Assembly: GCA_040285745.1 (NCBI GenBank)
Contig: JAUFOR010000002.1
Coordinates: 1,302,001 to 1,366,000, forward strand
Reading direction: 5' to 3'
DNA: 64,000 nucleotides
Source of the DNA: Barthelona sp. PCE
Taxonomy: Eukaryota
Positions within the stretch are counted from its first letter, which is position 1, and every line of letters begins with the position of its first letter. The translations under genes and the position numbers were made by a program. Below, one piece after another: positions 30,976 through 40,173 of the stretch. Under the pieces are notes generated by a model. It made no database searches. It saw nothing but the letters and a program-made list of their open reading frames with translations, and was not told the origin of the DNA.

Positions 30976-31827
30976 ATGCCTTTAAAGTCAAAGAAAGGGC
31001 AAAAAAAGCGTTCCCCCAAACGCGCAATTGAAAAAAGCAAATTGGTTAATACTTTAGCTACTTTGAATCCCGGGGATAAGCACAAAATATCAATGCTCAT
31101 CAAAAAGGTCTCTGACTTGCAGCAGAAGACAACTGAACAGGAGGAAACAATTCGAAACCTTAAAAATTCCAGTTCTGATGACTGTGTGAACCATCAAGCC
31201 CGAATCACCGATCTTGAATCAAAGCTGCGTAAGGTTATAACAGAGTATGCCATTCTAAAAAGACGATATTCACAGAGCATCGTTCTACTTGAGCAATACA
31301 GCACAGCACACAACTCTCTGACATTAGACACTCCAAAGCCAGAACCTTCACCCCAGCAGACAGCCGCAGAAGTGCGAAACATAGGATGTATGGCTGGTAT
31401 TGATGTGAAAAATGAAGGAACCCAAACCGATGAAGCTTCACCCACTGTATCAATGGAGGCTTATCAGGCGGTGTTGGCAGAGAACGAGATCTTAAAGAGA
31501 CAGACACAGCAAAACAATTTATTCAGAGAGATTGTACGTAGATCACCACTCAGACAACATGACAATGAAGACAGTTTGCTGCAATTAACGCCTTCTCCTT
31601 TTAAGGTCATGCATCGGCCTGAAACACCGCTTGTAAGCACGATTGATAGTCCAACTGATCTTAGTGTGCAACACTATAGTTATGGAGATTCAATAACCGA
31701 CATTATTGATGATCTACAACGACAGATGGCTCCGTTAAACGAAAGAAATGAGTTGTCAACACTATTTGAAGAATACAATGATGAAACACTAGAGGAAATC
31801 AGTTCATTCCTTGACCTCATGCGGTGA
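30976..31827 (+). CDS. Hinderin/KIAA1328-like coiled-coil protein
   Basis: LNPGDKHKISMLIK resembles the hinderin motif LCPEDKRRIANLIK; later YSQSIVLLEQY. Confidence 0.55.
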   Translation: MPLKSKKGQKKRSPKRAIEKSKLVNTLATLNPGDKHKISMLIKKVSDLQQKTTEQEETIRNLKNSSSDDCVNHQARITDLESKLRKVITEYAILKRRYSQSIVLLEQYSTAHNSLTLDTPKPEPSPQQTAAEVRNIGCMAGIDVKNEGTQTDEASPTVSMEAYQAVLAENEILKRQTQQNNLFREIVRRSPLRQHDNEDSLLQLTPSPFKVMHRPETPLVSTIDSPTDLSVQHYSYGDSITDIIDDLQRQMAPLNERNELSTLFEEYNDETLEEISSFLDLMR

Positions 31828-31833
31828 TACTTA

Positions 31834-33558
31834 CTACTGAACAACCGCCAAGGGAACATCACCATATAGATCCTCTCCCTCCTCCAACATTGATACGTTA
31901 ACTCTCACTGGCAACGCTCCGATGTTGAGAGGTGTTCCTGTGCTCACTATCTCACCTGTTTGTTGCAACACATTGTTATGGTCCATATCATTTATATTGT
32001 CAGACATTTGCCCTGTCATTGGTTCACCATCATCATCAAAATCAAACACCTTCTGCTTATGAGCAAAGCTATCAAATAAAATCGTTAGTAAAAGCATGAC
32101 AATGAAGAAAATAACCCAAAAAAACGCAGTACGATATTCCATAAAGAAACTTGACTCGACTGTATACATTCCCGTACACCCATTGCAGTGATATTCTGAA
32201 CCACGTACGGCCTCAAGCATACATGTATTCTGAGTTCGCACGGGACATTGTCTGCTGCTACGAATAGCATCAAAAACTTCATCCACTGTGTTGACTGCAA
32301 GCAACGTAGTTGCATCAAACTCCAGACCAACAACACCTCTTAGAGAACTACCAGATCCTGTGAAAATTGGATAATGTGCAGTGATTATTGAAGAGTTATC
32401 GAAAGAAAAATGAACGGAAGGTGTGATATGTACATATGACAAAAAAAAGTTATGCAAGGCTGACATTTCACTTGCCAAATACTCCATATTACCGCCAAAA
32501 GCAGCGAAAATACCATTGTAATTACATGCAAGCTTCTGTAACTGAATATGGTCGAGCTTATCGGTCAAACTGATAACACTAATGAAGGTCTTATTACTAA
32601 TTGAGCTCTGTGCCTCCATCTGTGCATCCACGTAATCTAAGATTGCAGCGTCCGTGCTTATCAACCCATCTGTGAAAAAAATTATTTGCATCGAGCACAC
32701 ATCGGTGTACGTATCTGAAGTTTCATTTAAAGCCAGAAAGACTTGTTCAAACCCTGTTTGCAACTGCAATGGACCAGAAGGAACGAGATTAGAGACCTGT
32801 GCAAGTAAATTCTGCTTGTTTGCTGTTGTTCCGTTCACGAATCCGTTGTAACCATTCATATTAAAAATATGATCTGAAAACGGTACAATAAGCACCCTGT
32901 CATCGAAATCCAACTGTTCTAGTACCTTTTCTATTGAAGTCAGTAAACGGTCAAAAACTTCTCCCCTGATGGAACCACTCAAATCCAACATAAAAACAAC
33001 AACTTTGGTCGAACTAAAGGCACGTGAATACCAAGGCAGAGTTCTCACATCGAACTTAGAAAGACAGGTTGCTGTATTCAAGCAAGTTCCATTAGTTGTT
33101 TCCAGTGAAAAAGGGACTTTAGGATAATGAGCATAAGCTGCTTTATCCCTTGATCCGTAGTGGATGGACATGATGGACTCGTCAATAGTGGATAAATCGT
33201 ATGCATTCTTGAGTACAGGTTTCATATCAACAAAAGAACAGAAGTGATTGTTTTGCAGGATTGTTTCAGCTGTTGAGAACAAAAGAATATCATCAGTGTC
33301 AACATATGTTCCAGAGCAACTACAAGAACTGCTATTACCGAAACCTGTTTGGCAACTAGTGCCCGAAAAATCACAGTTATTTGGAATAATACATGTTGAA
33401 GAACTGTGGTTGTCGAGGTGCTCTGTGACGTTATTTGCCAAAGAAATTATATAATCTTCAACGTTTGTAAAAAATGTATTGAGAGTCGATGCATAAGCAC
33501 ATCCTGCACACAAAATAAGCAACAGAGCAAAACTTGCTGCTGTTGAACTCTTAGTCAT
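31834..33558 (-). CDS. Type I membrane VWA/Cache protein, alpha2delta (CACNA2D/CACHD1)-like
   Basis: Signal peptide from ATG 33558; FDVRTLPWY, MIDAS LDLSGS, FFTDG, LQKLACNYNG, GVVGLE; C-terminal TM helix. Confidence 0.8.
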   Translation of the reverse strand: MTKSSTAASFALLLILCAGCAYASTLNTFFTNVEDYIISLANNVTEHLDNHSSSTCIIPNNCDFSGTSCQTGFGNSSSCSCSGTYVDTDDILLFSTAETILQNNHFCSFVDMKPVLKNAYDLSTIDESIMSIHYGSRDKAAYAHYPKVPFSLETTNGTCLNTATCLSKFDVRTLPWYSRAFSSTKVVVFMLDLSGSIRGEVFDRLLTSIEKVLEQLDFDDRVLIVPFSDHIFNMNGYNGFVNGTTANKQNLLAQVSNLVPSGPLQLQTGFEQVFLALNETSDTYTDVCSMQIIFFTDGLISTDAAILDYVDAQMEAQSSISNKTFISVISLTDKLDHIQLQKLACNYNGIFAAFGGNMEYLASEMSALHNFFLSYVHITPSVHFSFDNSSIITAHYPIFTGSGSSLRGVVGLEFDATTLLAVNTVDEVFDAIRSSRQCPVRTQNTCMLEAVRGSEYHCNGCTGMYTVESSFFMEYRTAFFWVIFFIVMLLLTILFDSFAHKQKVFDFDDDGEPMTGQMSDNINDMDHNNVLQQTGEIVSTGTPLNIGALPVRVNVSMLEEGEDLYGDVPLAVVQ

Positions 33559-33601
33559 CGTTTGAAAAGGTGGATGAAAGAAAACAGATGCTTTTAAAAA
33601 A

Positions 33602-34321
33602 ATGTCGCATTCATCAACGTTTAACGTTAAGCTCGCTTCACAGGTGAGCTCATCGGGCACAGCTATAAGCGCAGAGGCACCACTCCTCGATATAATTGTT
33701 CGCAATTTGGTAAATGAATCAATTCCTGACCCAGAAATGCTGTCTCGGCAATTTGAGGAGCAGTTACAGACCAAAAGGGATGAAGAGCGGAAGCATGAGA
33801 GGGATTTATTGTTAGCAACTGAACGTTATGCTGATGAAGCAAATTCTGCACTTATGGACAAAGATGTCGACGATGCAAACTCAAAGAAGGAAGAATTCCG
33901 CATTGCAAGGAACCTGGCCAGTCTTTCTCGCAGACACCGTGCGAAAGTTCGTTCAGACACTGTTAAAAAGACACCTATACGAAAAAAGTTGAAGAAGAAG
34001 GAGAAGAAGAAAAAATCAAAGCGATCTCCACAACCAAATGTACCCAAAACACCAACTGATGAGGAAAAAAAAGTGCTATCTGAAGAAAAAAATGCAAGAG
34101 AAACAAATCGATATTTTGAAAGTTTTGAACGAGAGTTACATGCATATTTCGGAAACAATAGGGCATCAATTAATCCCCCATGCCCTTGTGGATATGAAGT
34201 ATTGCTCGGTGAAAAACATTTGTGTAATTGTATTTATTATCGTGATGAGGAATTATGGTTAGAAAAACTCATTGAAATCATTGAATTCAACAATATGTTA
34301 GCACGTGGCCAGTCAAAGTAA
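33602..34321 (+). CDS. CCDC15-like coiled-coil protein with C-terminal Cys motif
   Basis: RYFE...PPCPCG...LCNCIYY resembles the CCDC15 motif PPLCCCG...CANNCIFY. Confidence 0.5.
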   Translation: MSHSSTFNVKLASQVSSSGTAISAEAPLLDIIVRNLVNESIPDPEMLSRQFEEQLQTKRDEERKHERDLLLATERYADEANSALMDKDVDDANSKKEEFRIARNLASLSRRHRAKVRSDTVKKTPIRKKLKKKEKKKKSKRSPQPNVPKTPTDEEKKVLSEEKNARETNRYFESFERELHAYFGNNRASINPPCPCGYEVLLGEKHLCNCIYYRDEELWLEKLIEIIEFNNMLARGQSK

Positions 34322-34328
34322 TGGTATC

Positions 34329-35768
34329 TTAATAGAACCCGACCCTCTGCATGTTTTTCCCCATTGTATATGAAAAAGCACTGCTTCCAGGTTCATCATC
34401 TGTTGAAATTTTGTATAAAATGCCATCCATATCACCGACATAGATGTTTCCACTAGGATCCATTGCTAGAGCCACTTGGTTAACATCAGAACCAAGTATT
34501 CCTGTTCTGCCAACCAGTTTTGTTGAATAGGTGATCTCTCCTGTTGATTGTTCAGCTCCGTATATGTACCTGTCCTCTCCTGCAAAATAAACACGCTTCT
34601 TACCTAGAATAGGACTGCTGTATACATCATATAAGTCTTCGATTGACCAGACTACAACACCAGTTTCTCCATGTAACTTAACAAACCGAGATTTATCGTT
34701 GTTCTTTGTTCCCATGTACATGTTTCCTGTGGCATCAACGGCTGGGCTCACAATTATCTTGCCTTCACCAAGGTTGGCCCTATACTTCTCAGTTCCATTC
34801 GGAAAGAACGTAAATACCTTATGTTTCATGGTACCCACTGCAAGTGTACCGTCTGGACGAGGAACAACCTGGCCAAAACGGTCAATTGTGTGGTCAATTT
34901 TGGTGAGATGATACATTAATGCTCCGTCTGAAGCTCTGTAGCAATAGAACTTGTCAGCACCAAAGTAAACATAACCATTGTGTATTGTTGGCTGGAAGCC
35001 TATTCCCTTGATTGGGAAATCGGATTCGAAAGGAACCGTGATATTCCAGCGTCTAATACCAGCCTTTGTAAATGAGTTGAAAGTCCGACCTAGTACGTAA
35101 ACATTTCCTGACTCGTCGATGCTCGGGTAGATGCGCTGTAGTTCGGCCCATTGAAAGCCTCCTGCGTCATCAACATTCTCAGATATCGTATAATTCCACA
35201 TAACTGTAGCCGTTGCACCATTATCTCTGATTTGATATAAAAAGTCCTGTTTTCGCTTGCTTTTGTCGTCGGTGTGTGATTCCAGGACAACATATATGTA
35301 CAAGACGCCAGAATCGTCATGAATAACTGGTCCTCCTCTGACCTCCAGCGGACCAAAGTCCAACGACCATATGGGTGCTGAACTGTCCCTGTGAAACTTG
35401 AATAGTGTGTAGTGGTCCTTAAGACCACCTGTTTTGCGACCATTGGCATCATTAGATGTTCCAATGTATAAGTTCTCACCGAATAGCGCTGGTGATGAGT
35501 AGTAAAAGAGCTCCCAGTCACCAGATTCGATGTCAAAACCTGAACCACTTGTCTTAAAGGTCCAGACAATGTTCTGTGTGTGAAAAATCATCCTAAAGAG
35601 GATAAGGTATGTAAAAAAGCCAATAATACCCAAGATGATACAAAGTATCGTGCAGCAGCGACAAAATTTTTGGTAACATGAACGATGATACCGTTTAAGT
35701 TGAAAAGATGAGGCTGTTCTTGGGAATGACTCCAGGCTCACATGCTTGCGCAGTGCGACCGTTCTCAT
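34329..35768 (-). CDS. Type II membrane protein with PQQ-like (BamB-type) beta-propeller
   Basis: Cys-rich basic N-terminus plus TM; repeats YSSPAL...LYIG, SPAVDATGNMYMG, YSSPILG..VYFA, GNIYVGDMDG. Confidence 0.8.
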   Translation of the reverse strand: MRTVALRKHVSLESFPRTASSFQLKRYHRSCYQKFCRCCTILCIILGIIGFFTYLILFRMIFHTQNIVWTFKTSGSGFDIESGDWELFYYSSPALFGENLYIGTSNDANGRKTGGLKDHYTLFKFHRDSSAPIWSLDFGPLEVRGGPVIHDDSGVLYIYVVLESHTDDKSKRKQDFLYQIRDNGATATVMWNYTISENVDDAGGFQWAELQRIYPSIDESGNVYVLGRTFNSFTKAGIRRWNITVPFESDFPIKGIGFQPTIHNGYVYFGADKFYCYRASDGALMYHLTKIDHTIDRFGQVVPRPDGTLAVGTMKHKVFTFFPNGTEKYRANLGEGKIIVSPAVDATGNMYMGTKNNDKSRFVKLHGETGVVVWSIEDLYDVYSSPILGKKRVYFAGEDRYIYGAEQSTGEITYSTKLVGRTGILGSDVNQVALAMDPSGNIYVGDMDGILYKISTDDEPGSSAFSYTMGKNMQRVGFY

Positions 35769-36085
35769 GGAGTTACGCGTAGAAATTGGAAAAAATGCGT
35801 GGTAAAAGGGGATAAAATTGAAAAAACAGTTTACAGGACCTTTTGTTGGATCATTACTTGGTCTGTGCGCAATTAATGCAGTGAAAAGCTCACTCTACCG
35901 GAAAAAAATGATAGAAACTGAAGCAAACATAACCTGTTCTAAAAAAAACCAAAAAGAATACGTTACAAAATTCACATATCATATCACAAATCATCTCTGT
36001 TTAGTGTATTTCTTGATGATTTAATCTCATTTATGTAAGTATACCAAATTTATCAAAAAAAAGCTGAATATTTATCAGGAATATA

Positions 36086-36655
36086 TCAGAATGATAAGCC
36101 ACCCAAATATGGGAAAATATCAACCAGTGTGTCCTTTTTCGTAGAGCTAAAAGAAGAACCTGTCATCATTGAAACTAAACATGCAGCAAAATCCACAAAC
36201 AAATTATCAAAGGTAGAAAACCTTGATATATAATTCTGAAATCGACTCACAATGAACTTCTTACGATCTGGGTCCACATTGTCCTGAAAACAATCGAAAA
36301 AAAGCTTTGGATACTGTTGTAATTCCTCGAATAAAGTAAGAAGCCCATTACAGCATTTAACCTGTTCGTTACGTGAGCTCAGGGAGATTTCTGCTTTTTC
36401 CCTTAATTGTTGAATTCTAAAAACAAGCTCGCGATGCATAACATTAAGATTCTCTCGTTCGACATTTCTGTCTTTTTTAGAAGGATTTTGGGTGGTTGTA
36501 TCAGAAATATAGCTATCTATGAGCCTTAAACTGGATGAAATAGCATCATTATTTTCCTTTCGCTTATCTTCAGTATTCCAATCATGTGTTAGTGTAATTT
36601 TGTTTTCCTTGGCAATCTTGGAGGCCCTGGATCGTTTTTTTCGCTTTTTAAACAT
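36086..36655 (-). CDS. Hypothetical protein with N-terminal NLS-like basic stretch
   Basis: ORF of about 190 aa from ATG 36655 (MFKKRKKR). Confidence 0.55.
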   Translation of the reverse strand: MFKKRKKRSRASKIAKENKITLTHDWNTEDKRKENNDAISSSLRLIDSYISDTTTQNPSKKDRNVERENLNVMHRELVFRIQQLREKAEISLSSRNEQVKCCNGLLTLFEELQQYPKLFFDCFQDNVDPDRKKFIVSRFQNYISRFSTFDNLFVDFAACLVSMMTGSSFSSTKKDTLVDIFPYLGGLSF

Positions 36656-36839
36656 GAGTGACAAAGATAAAGGATTTTTGTGAGAATAAAGGATTTTGTA
36701 AGATTTGTTTCAGAAATAAGGTTACATAAATGTTTCCTCGGGGATTGTACATCAGAAATGAACTATAATCAGTGTCATACACTTGAACAAACAAGTTCAA
36801 CCTGCATAACTTTTTCTTACTCACTACAAAAATTTAAAG

Positions 36840-37844
36840 ATGAGACAAACCGAATTTATGGGCGTACACACGTGCATGCCAGGTCTCATTAAGAACTGGG
36901 AAGAATACAAAGTACACTTTGAACAATATCCTCTCGTATATGCAAACGATGGTCATTTACCTCCATTTATTGTGTCTTGCGGATCCAGAACCAGAGTTGC
37001 TGGCTTTTCTGAACTATTGGATAACTTTTGTCAAATTGATAAGGTACTTTTGGAAGCTGGTAAGCCAATTGGTCGTGTTGCTGTTGCTGTTGGTACTTAT
37101 AAGGGTACCCCCATTGCTGTTTTCGAGCACCAAATGGGTTGCCCCGCAACTGAAATCAACTTTAGAGAAATTTCTTCACCTTATGTTGTTAAGCATGTTA
37201 ATTACGTCAATGTTGATTGCACCAATATCACAACTGATGCTGTTTACTCCATCCGTGTTGGTACATGTGGTGGTATGAATCTGTGGGAGAATGAAAACCC
37301 TGAAGGCTATCGTCCCGTTGATCTGGCTCATATTGTTGTCTCTACTCACCATGTTGGTGTTAATGGAACTCTTATCCAGTCCGCCACTGGCCACCTTGAT
37401 CTTATGTCACCTACTACATTGGAGGTTCTTAAGACCCGTCTTAGAGAATTAGGTTATGATATGTCGAAGCCTATGCCTGTTTTATATGACGATAACGTCA
37501 TTGTTGATTCCTTTAGAGCCGTTGCTAATGAAGAATATACTCATTTCCTCGGATACTTTTCCAAGGACTCACTTTATGCCGAACTCGAAGAAGAAGCATT
37601 TGTTGATCTCCGTCGTGATTATGACTGCGCATGTTCTGAGATGGAGGCCGCCATGATCGCCTACCAGTCATTGTGTAGAAGGAATACTGAACTCCCTGTT
37701 GTTTTCTCAGCAGTATGTGCAGTTATTGGTACTGTTCCCGGTTCCAGTTTCTCTGATGATCCTGCTACTCTCAGCCTTGCTTCTAATCGTGCATGTGTCA
37801 CTGGTCTTGATGCTCTTAACCATCTCCAAATTAACAAATTCTAA
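36840..37844 (+). CDS. Nucleoside phosphorylase (uridine phosphorylase/PNP_UDP_1 family)
   Basis: CGSRTRV, HQMGCPAT, IRVGTCGG, SEMEAA. Confidence 0.85.
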   Translation: MRQTEFMGVHTCMPGLIKNWEEYKVHFEQYPLVYANDGHLPPFIVSCGSRTRVAGFSELLDNFCQIDKVLLEAGKPIGRVAVAVGTYKGTPIAVFEHQMGCPATEINFREISSPYVVKHVNYVNVDCTNITTDAVYSIRVGTCGGMNLWENENPEGYRPVDLAHIVVSTHHVGVNGTLIQSATGHLDLMSPTTLEVLKTRLRELGYDMSKPMPVLYDDNVIVDSFRAVANEEYTHFLGYFSKDSLYAELEEEAFVDLRRDYDCACSEMEAAMIAYQSLCRRNTELPVVFSAVCAVIGTVPGSSFSDDPATLSLASNRACVTGLDALNHLQINKF

Positions 37845-39305
37845 GAAAATTTTTTTTTTAGAACGTAATTTTTTCGATTTGTAATAAATTCTTGTAGTTA
37901 CTTCCTTGATGACTTGAACGTCGATTTCAGTGTTGGACAAATGCTTTAAAAAAAAAGATAGTACAATTGCATGGTTGATAAAGTGGCTGATAATGCAGTG
38001 AACATAATTTAATGGGGTAAATTCGGCAATTTGAGTAATTTGAACATACCTAATACTATTCAAAATGTGGATCTAAAGTAAAATGAGAATTTTTATGAAA
38101 AATATCACGGTGTACATCGAATATCCAATACTTTTTGGGTGATTTGGGTCTTTACATAAAATATATGAGAGATTCATGATTTAGATTTCCATAAATACGA
38201 TTCAAAGGAAACTTTCCGTAATGTCGACAATTCTCTTCTTTTTGTGGATTTCAGATTGTTTAAATTTGATGTTCAGTATTTTTAAAGGATATTGTGATAT
38301 TTTTATCAATAAATAACATTACTAATATTAGGGTCAAAAAAGCGAAACTCATTTTTTCAGTATGAAAGTATTACTTTTAGTATTGAATTTTTGATGTTTG
38401 ATGAACAAATTTGATTGCACTAATATATATTTTCTTGCCGTATAGCTCCATTCCACTATTTTAGGATGTAAATTGTATTTTAACACATGAAAATAAATTG
38501 TGCAAACAAAAGAATAATTAATGAAATGTGTGTTTAAAGTGGTAAAAATTACGCTTTTTTATAGTTTCGAATTTTTTTTTGAGCCAAAATAAGGAAATCC
38601 AGCTGGTTCACAGATTTTACAGGGTTCGTTATAGACGAAAACACCAGTTACCGGTACCGCTAGGAGCATGGTGCAGAAAACAGACTTGTAATGCTATTGG
38701 AGAGGATGCTCATGGGAAGTACACCCGTACAGACCCTAAGCCTGCACAATCCTCCGCAAGGCTGAAGGATTAGCTGGTTATTTACAAGGGATTCTCACAA
38801 AACAATTTAAAATTTCCATTTTAAACTATTTTTGAACAGCCACTACAAAATCGGCGCACACACCCGCGCTGCTGCACCGTGAAAATCATCAAAAGTGGGT
38901 ACTCCGACCCTCCACGAAAAATCGTATGCAAAAGCAAATGCAATGCCACACACGATTTAAACCGGGGATTCCGGGACACCCGTACCGCACAGACGCTTGG
39001 CCGGACTTGTAAGGGGAAATAAAGAAGAATAAAAAACCCACCAAAGGTCGATAAATGCAATTCAGCAGACCAGATGAAGATTGGCGTTTTCGGGGTTAAC
39101 TGGGCGCACACGCGCCAGCCACGGGATATCAAGATTTTAAAAGTGCAATTTTCTGAAGCAGGATTTTTTTGGAACGTTAAAGCGGTCTACCACCATTTCA
39201 ATATGCGTACCATCCTCCAAACGTGCAACCATCCCCGATGGAACCACCACGAATGGAGCAAGTTTGCATCCTCCTTGAATTTTTTTTTATTCCCTATTTA
39301 CAAAA

Positions 39306-39348
39306 GTATGTTCCAACTATTATGCACATGAGTATAACTTACACCTAG
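39306..39348 (+). other. 43-nt 5'UTR intron ending immediately before the cathepsin B ATG
   Basis: GTATGT...ACTTACACCTAG|ATG; same length and signal spacing as the TBL1 intron. Confidence 0.65.
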
Positions 39349-40173
39349 ATGAAGCTCATCTTTGTTCTTGCTCTTTTATTCGTCGCTGCCAGCGCATCAT
39401 GGGTCAACGACCTCTCCGCATCTGAAAAGCGTAACTTGCTCGGTGCTCAAATTGCTTATGTTGATTTGCCTAAGCGCTCCGGTGCTTCCAACTCTCCTAT
39501 GCCTACTGAGTTCGATTCCCGTACCAAGTGGCCTGGTCTCGTCACCCCCGTCCGTAACCAAGCTCGTTGTGGTTCATGCTGGGCTTTCTCCGCCACCGGT
39601 GCCCTTTCTGATCGTTTCGCCATCCACTCTAACGGTGCCCAGAAGCCCATTCTTTCTCCCCAAGATCCCGTCTCCTGCGATACTTCCGACTACGGTTGTA
39701 ACGGTGGTTACCTTGATAACGTCTGGAACTACTTTGTCCAGTCTGGTGTCGTCTTAGATTCTTGCTACCCCTACGTTTCCGGTAACGGTTATGTTCCCTC
39801 TTGTGCCTCCAACTGCCCCTCCGGCCAGACCTGGAAGAAGTACTACGCCAAGGATCCCGTCGATGTCTCTGCCAACGAGCAGGCCATTATGGAGGAGATC
39901 TACAACAACGGTCCCGTTCAAGCCGCTTTCTCCGTCTATCAGGATTTCTTCGATTACGTCCCCGGTACCGTCTACCAACACAAGTACGGTGGTCTCGATG
40001 GTGGTCACGCCGTTGTCATCGTTGGTTGGAAGGTTGTTGAGGGCAAGAAGGCCTGGATCGTCCGTAACTCCTGGGACACCACCTGGGGTATCTCCGGTTA
40101 CTGGTATCACCTTAAGGGTGTTAACGAGTGTGGTATCGAATCCATGGTCGTTGCCGGTCTTCCCAAGTTGTAA
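39349..40173 (+). CDS. Cathepsin B-like papain-family cysteine protease
   Basis: Signal peptide; QARCGSCWAFS, GCNGG, GGHAV, RNSW, GVNECGIES; high-expression codon bias. Confidence 0.97.
   Translation: MKLIFVLALLFVAASASWVNDLSASEKRNLLGAQIAYVDLPKRSGASNSPMPTEFDSRTKWPGLVTPVRNQARCGSCWAFSATGALSDRFAIHSNGAQKPILSPQDPVSCDTSDYGCNGGYLDNVWNYFVQSGVVLDSCYPYVSGNGYVPSCASNCPSGQTWKKYYAKDPVDVSANEQAIMEEIYNNGPVQAAFSVYQDFFDYVPGTVYQHKYGGLDGGHAVVIVGWKVVEGKKAWIVRNSWDTTWGISGYWYHLKGVNECGIESMVVAGLPKL

Noticed and set aside
33559..33774. Apparent overlap of the VWA ORF with the CCDC15-like ORF
   Set aside because: The true start is probably ATG 33558, where the signal peptide begins; the upstream extension starts at a non-ATG codon.
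38590..38800. Specific identity as RNase P/MRP, U3 or telomerase RNA
   Set aside because: Only partial motifs: no P1-P3 upstream of the P4-like strand, no C' box before the box-B-like motif, and ACCCTAA is too short and misplaced for a template.
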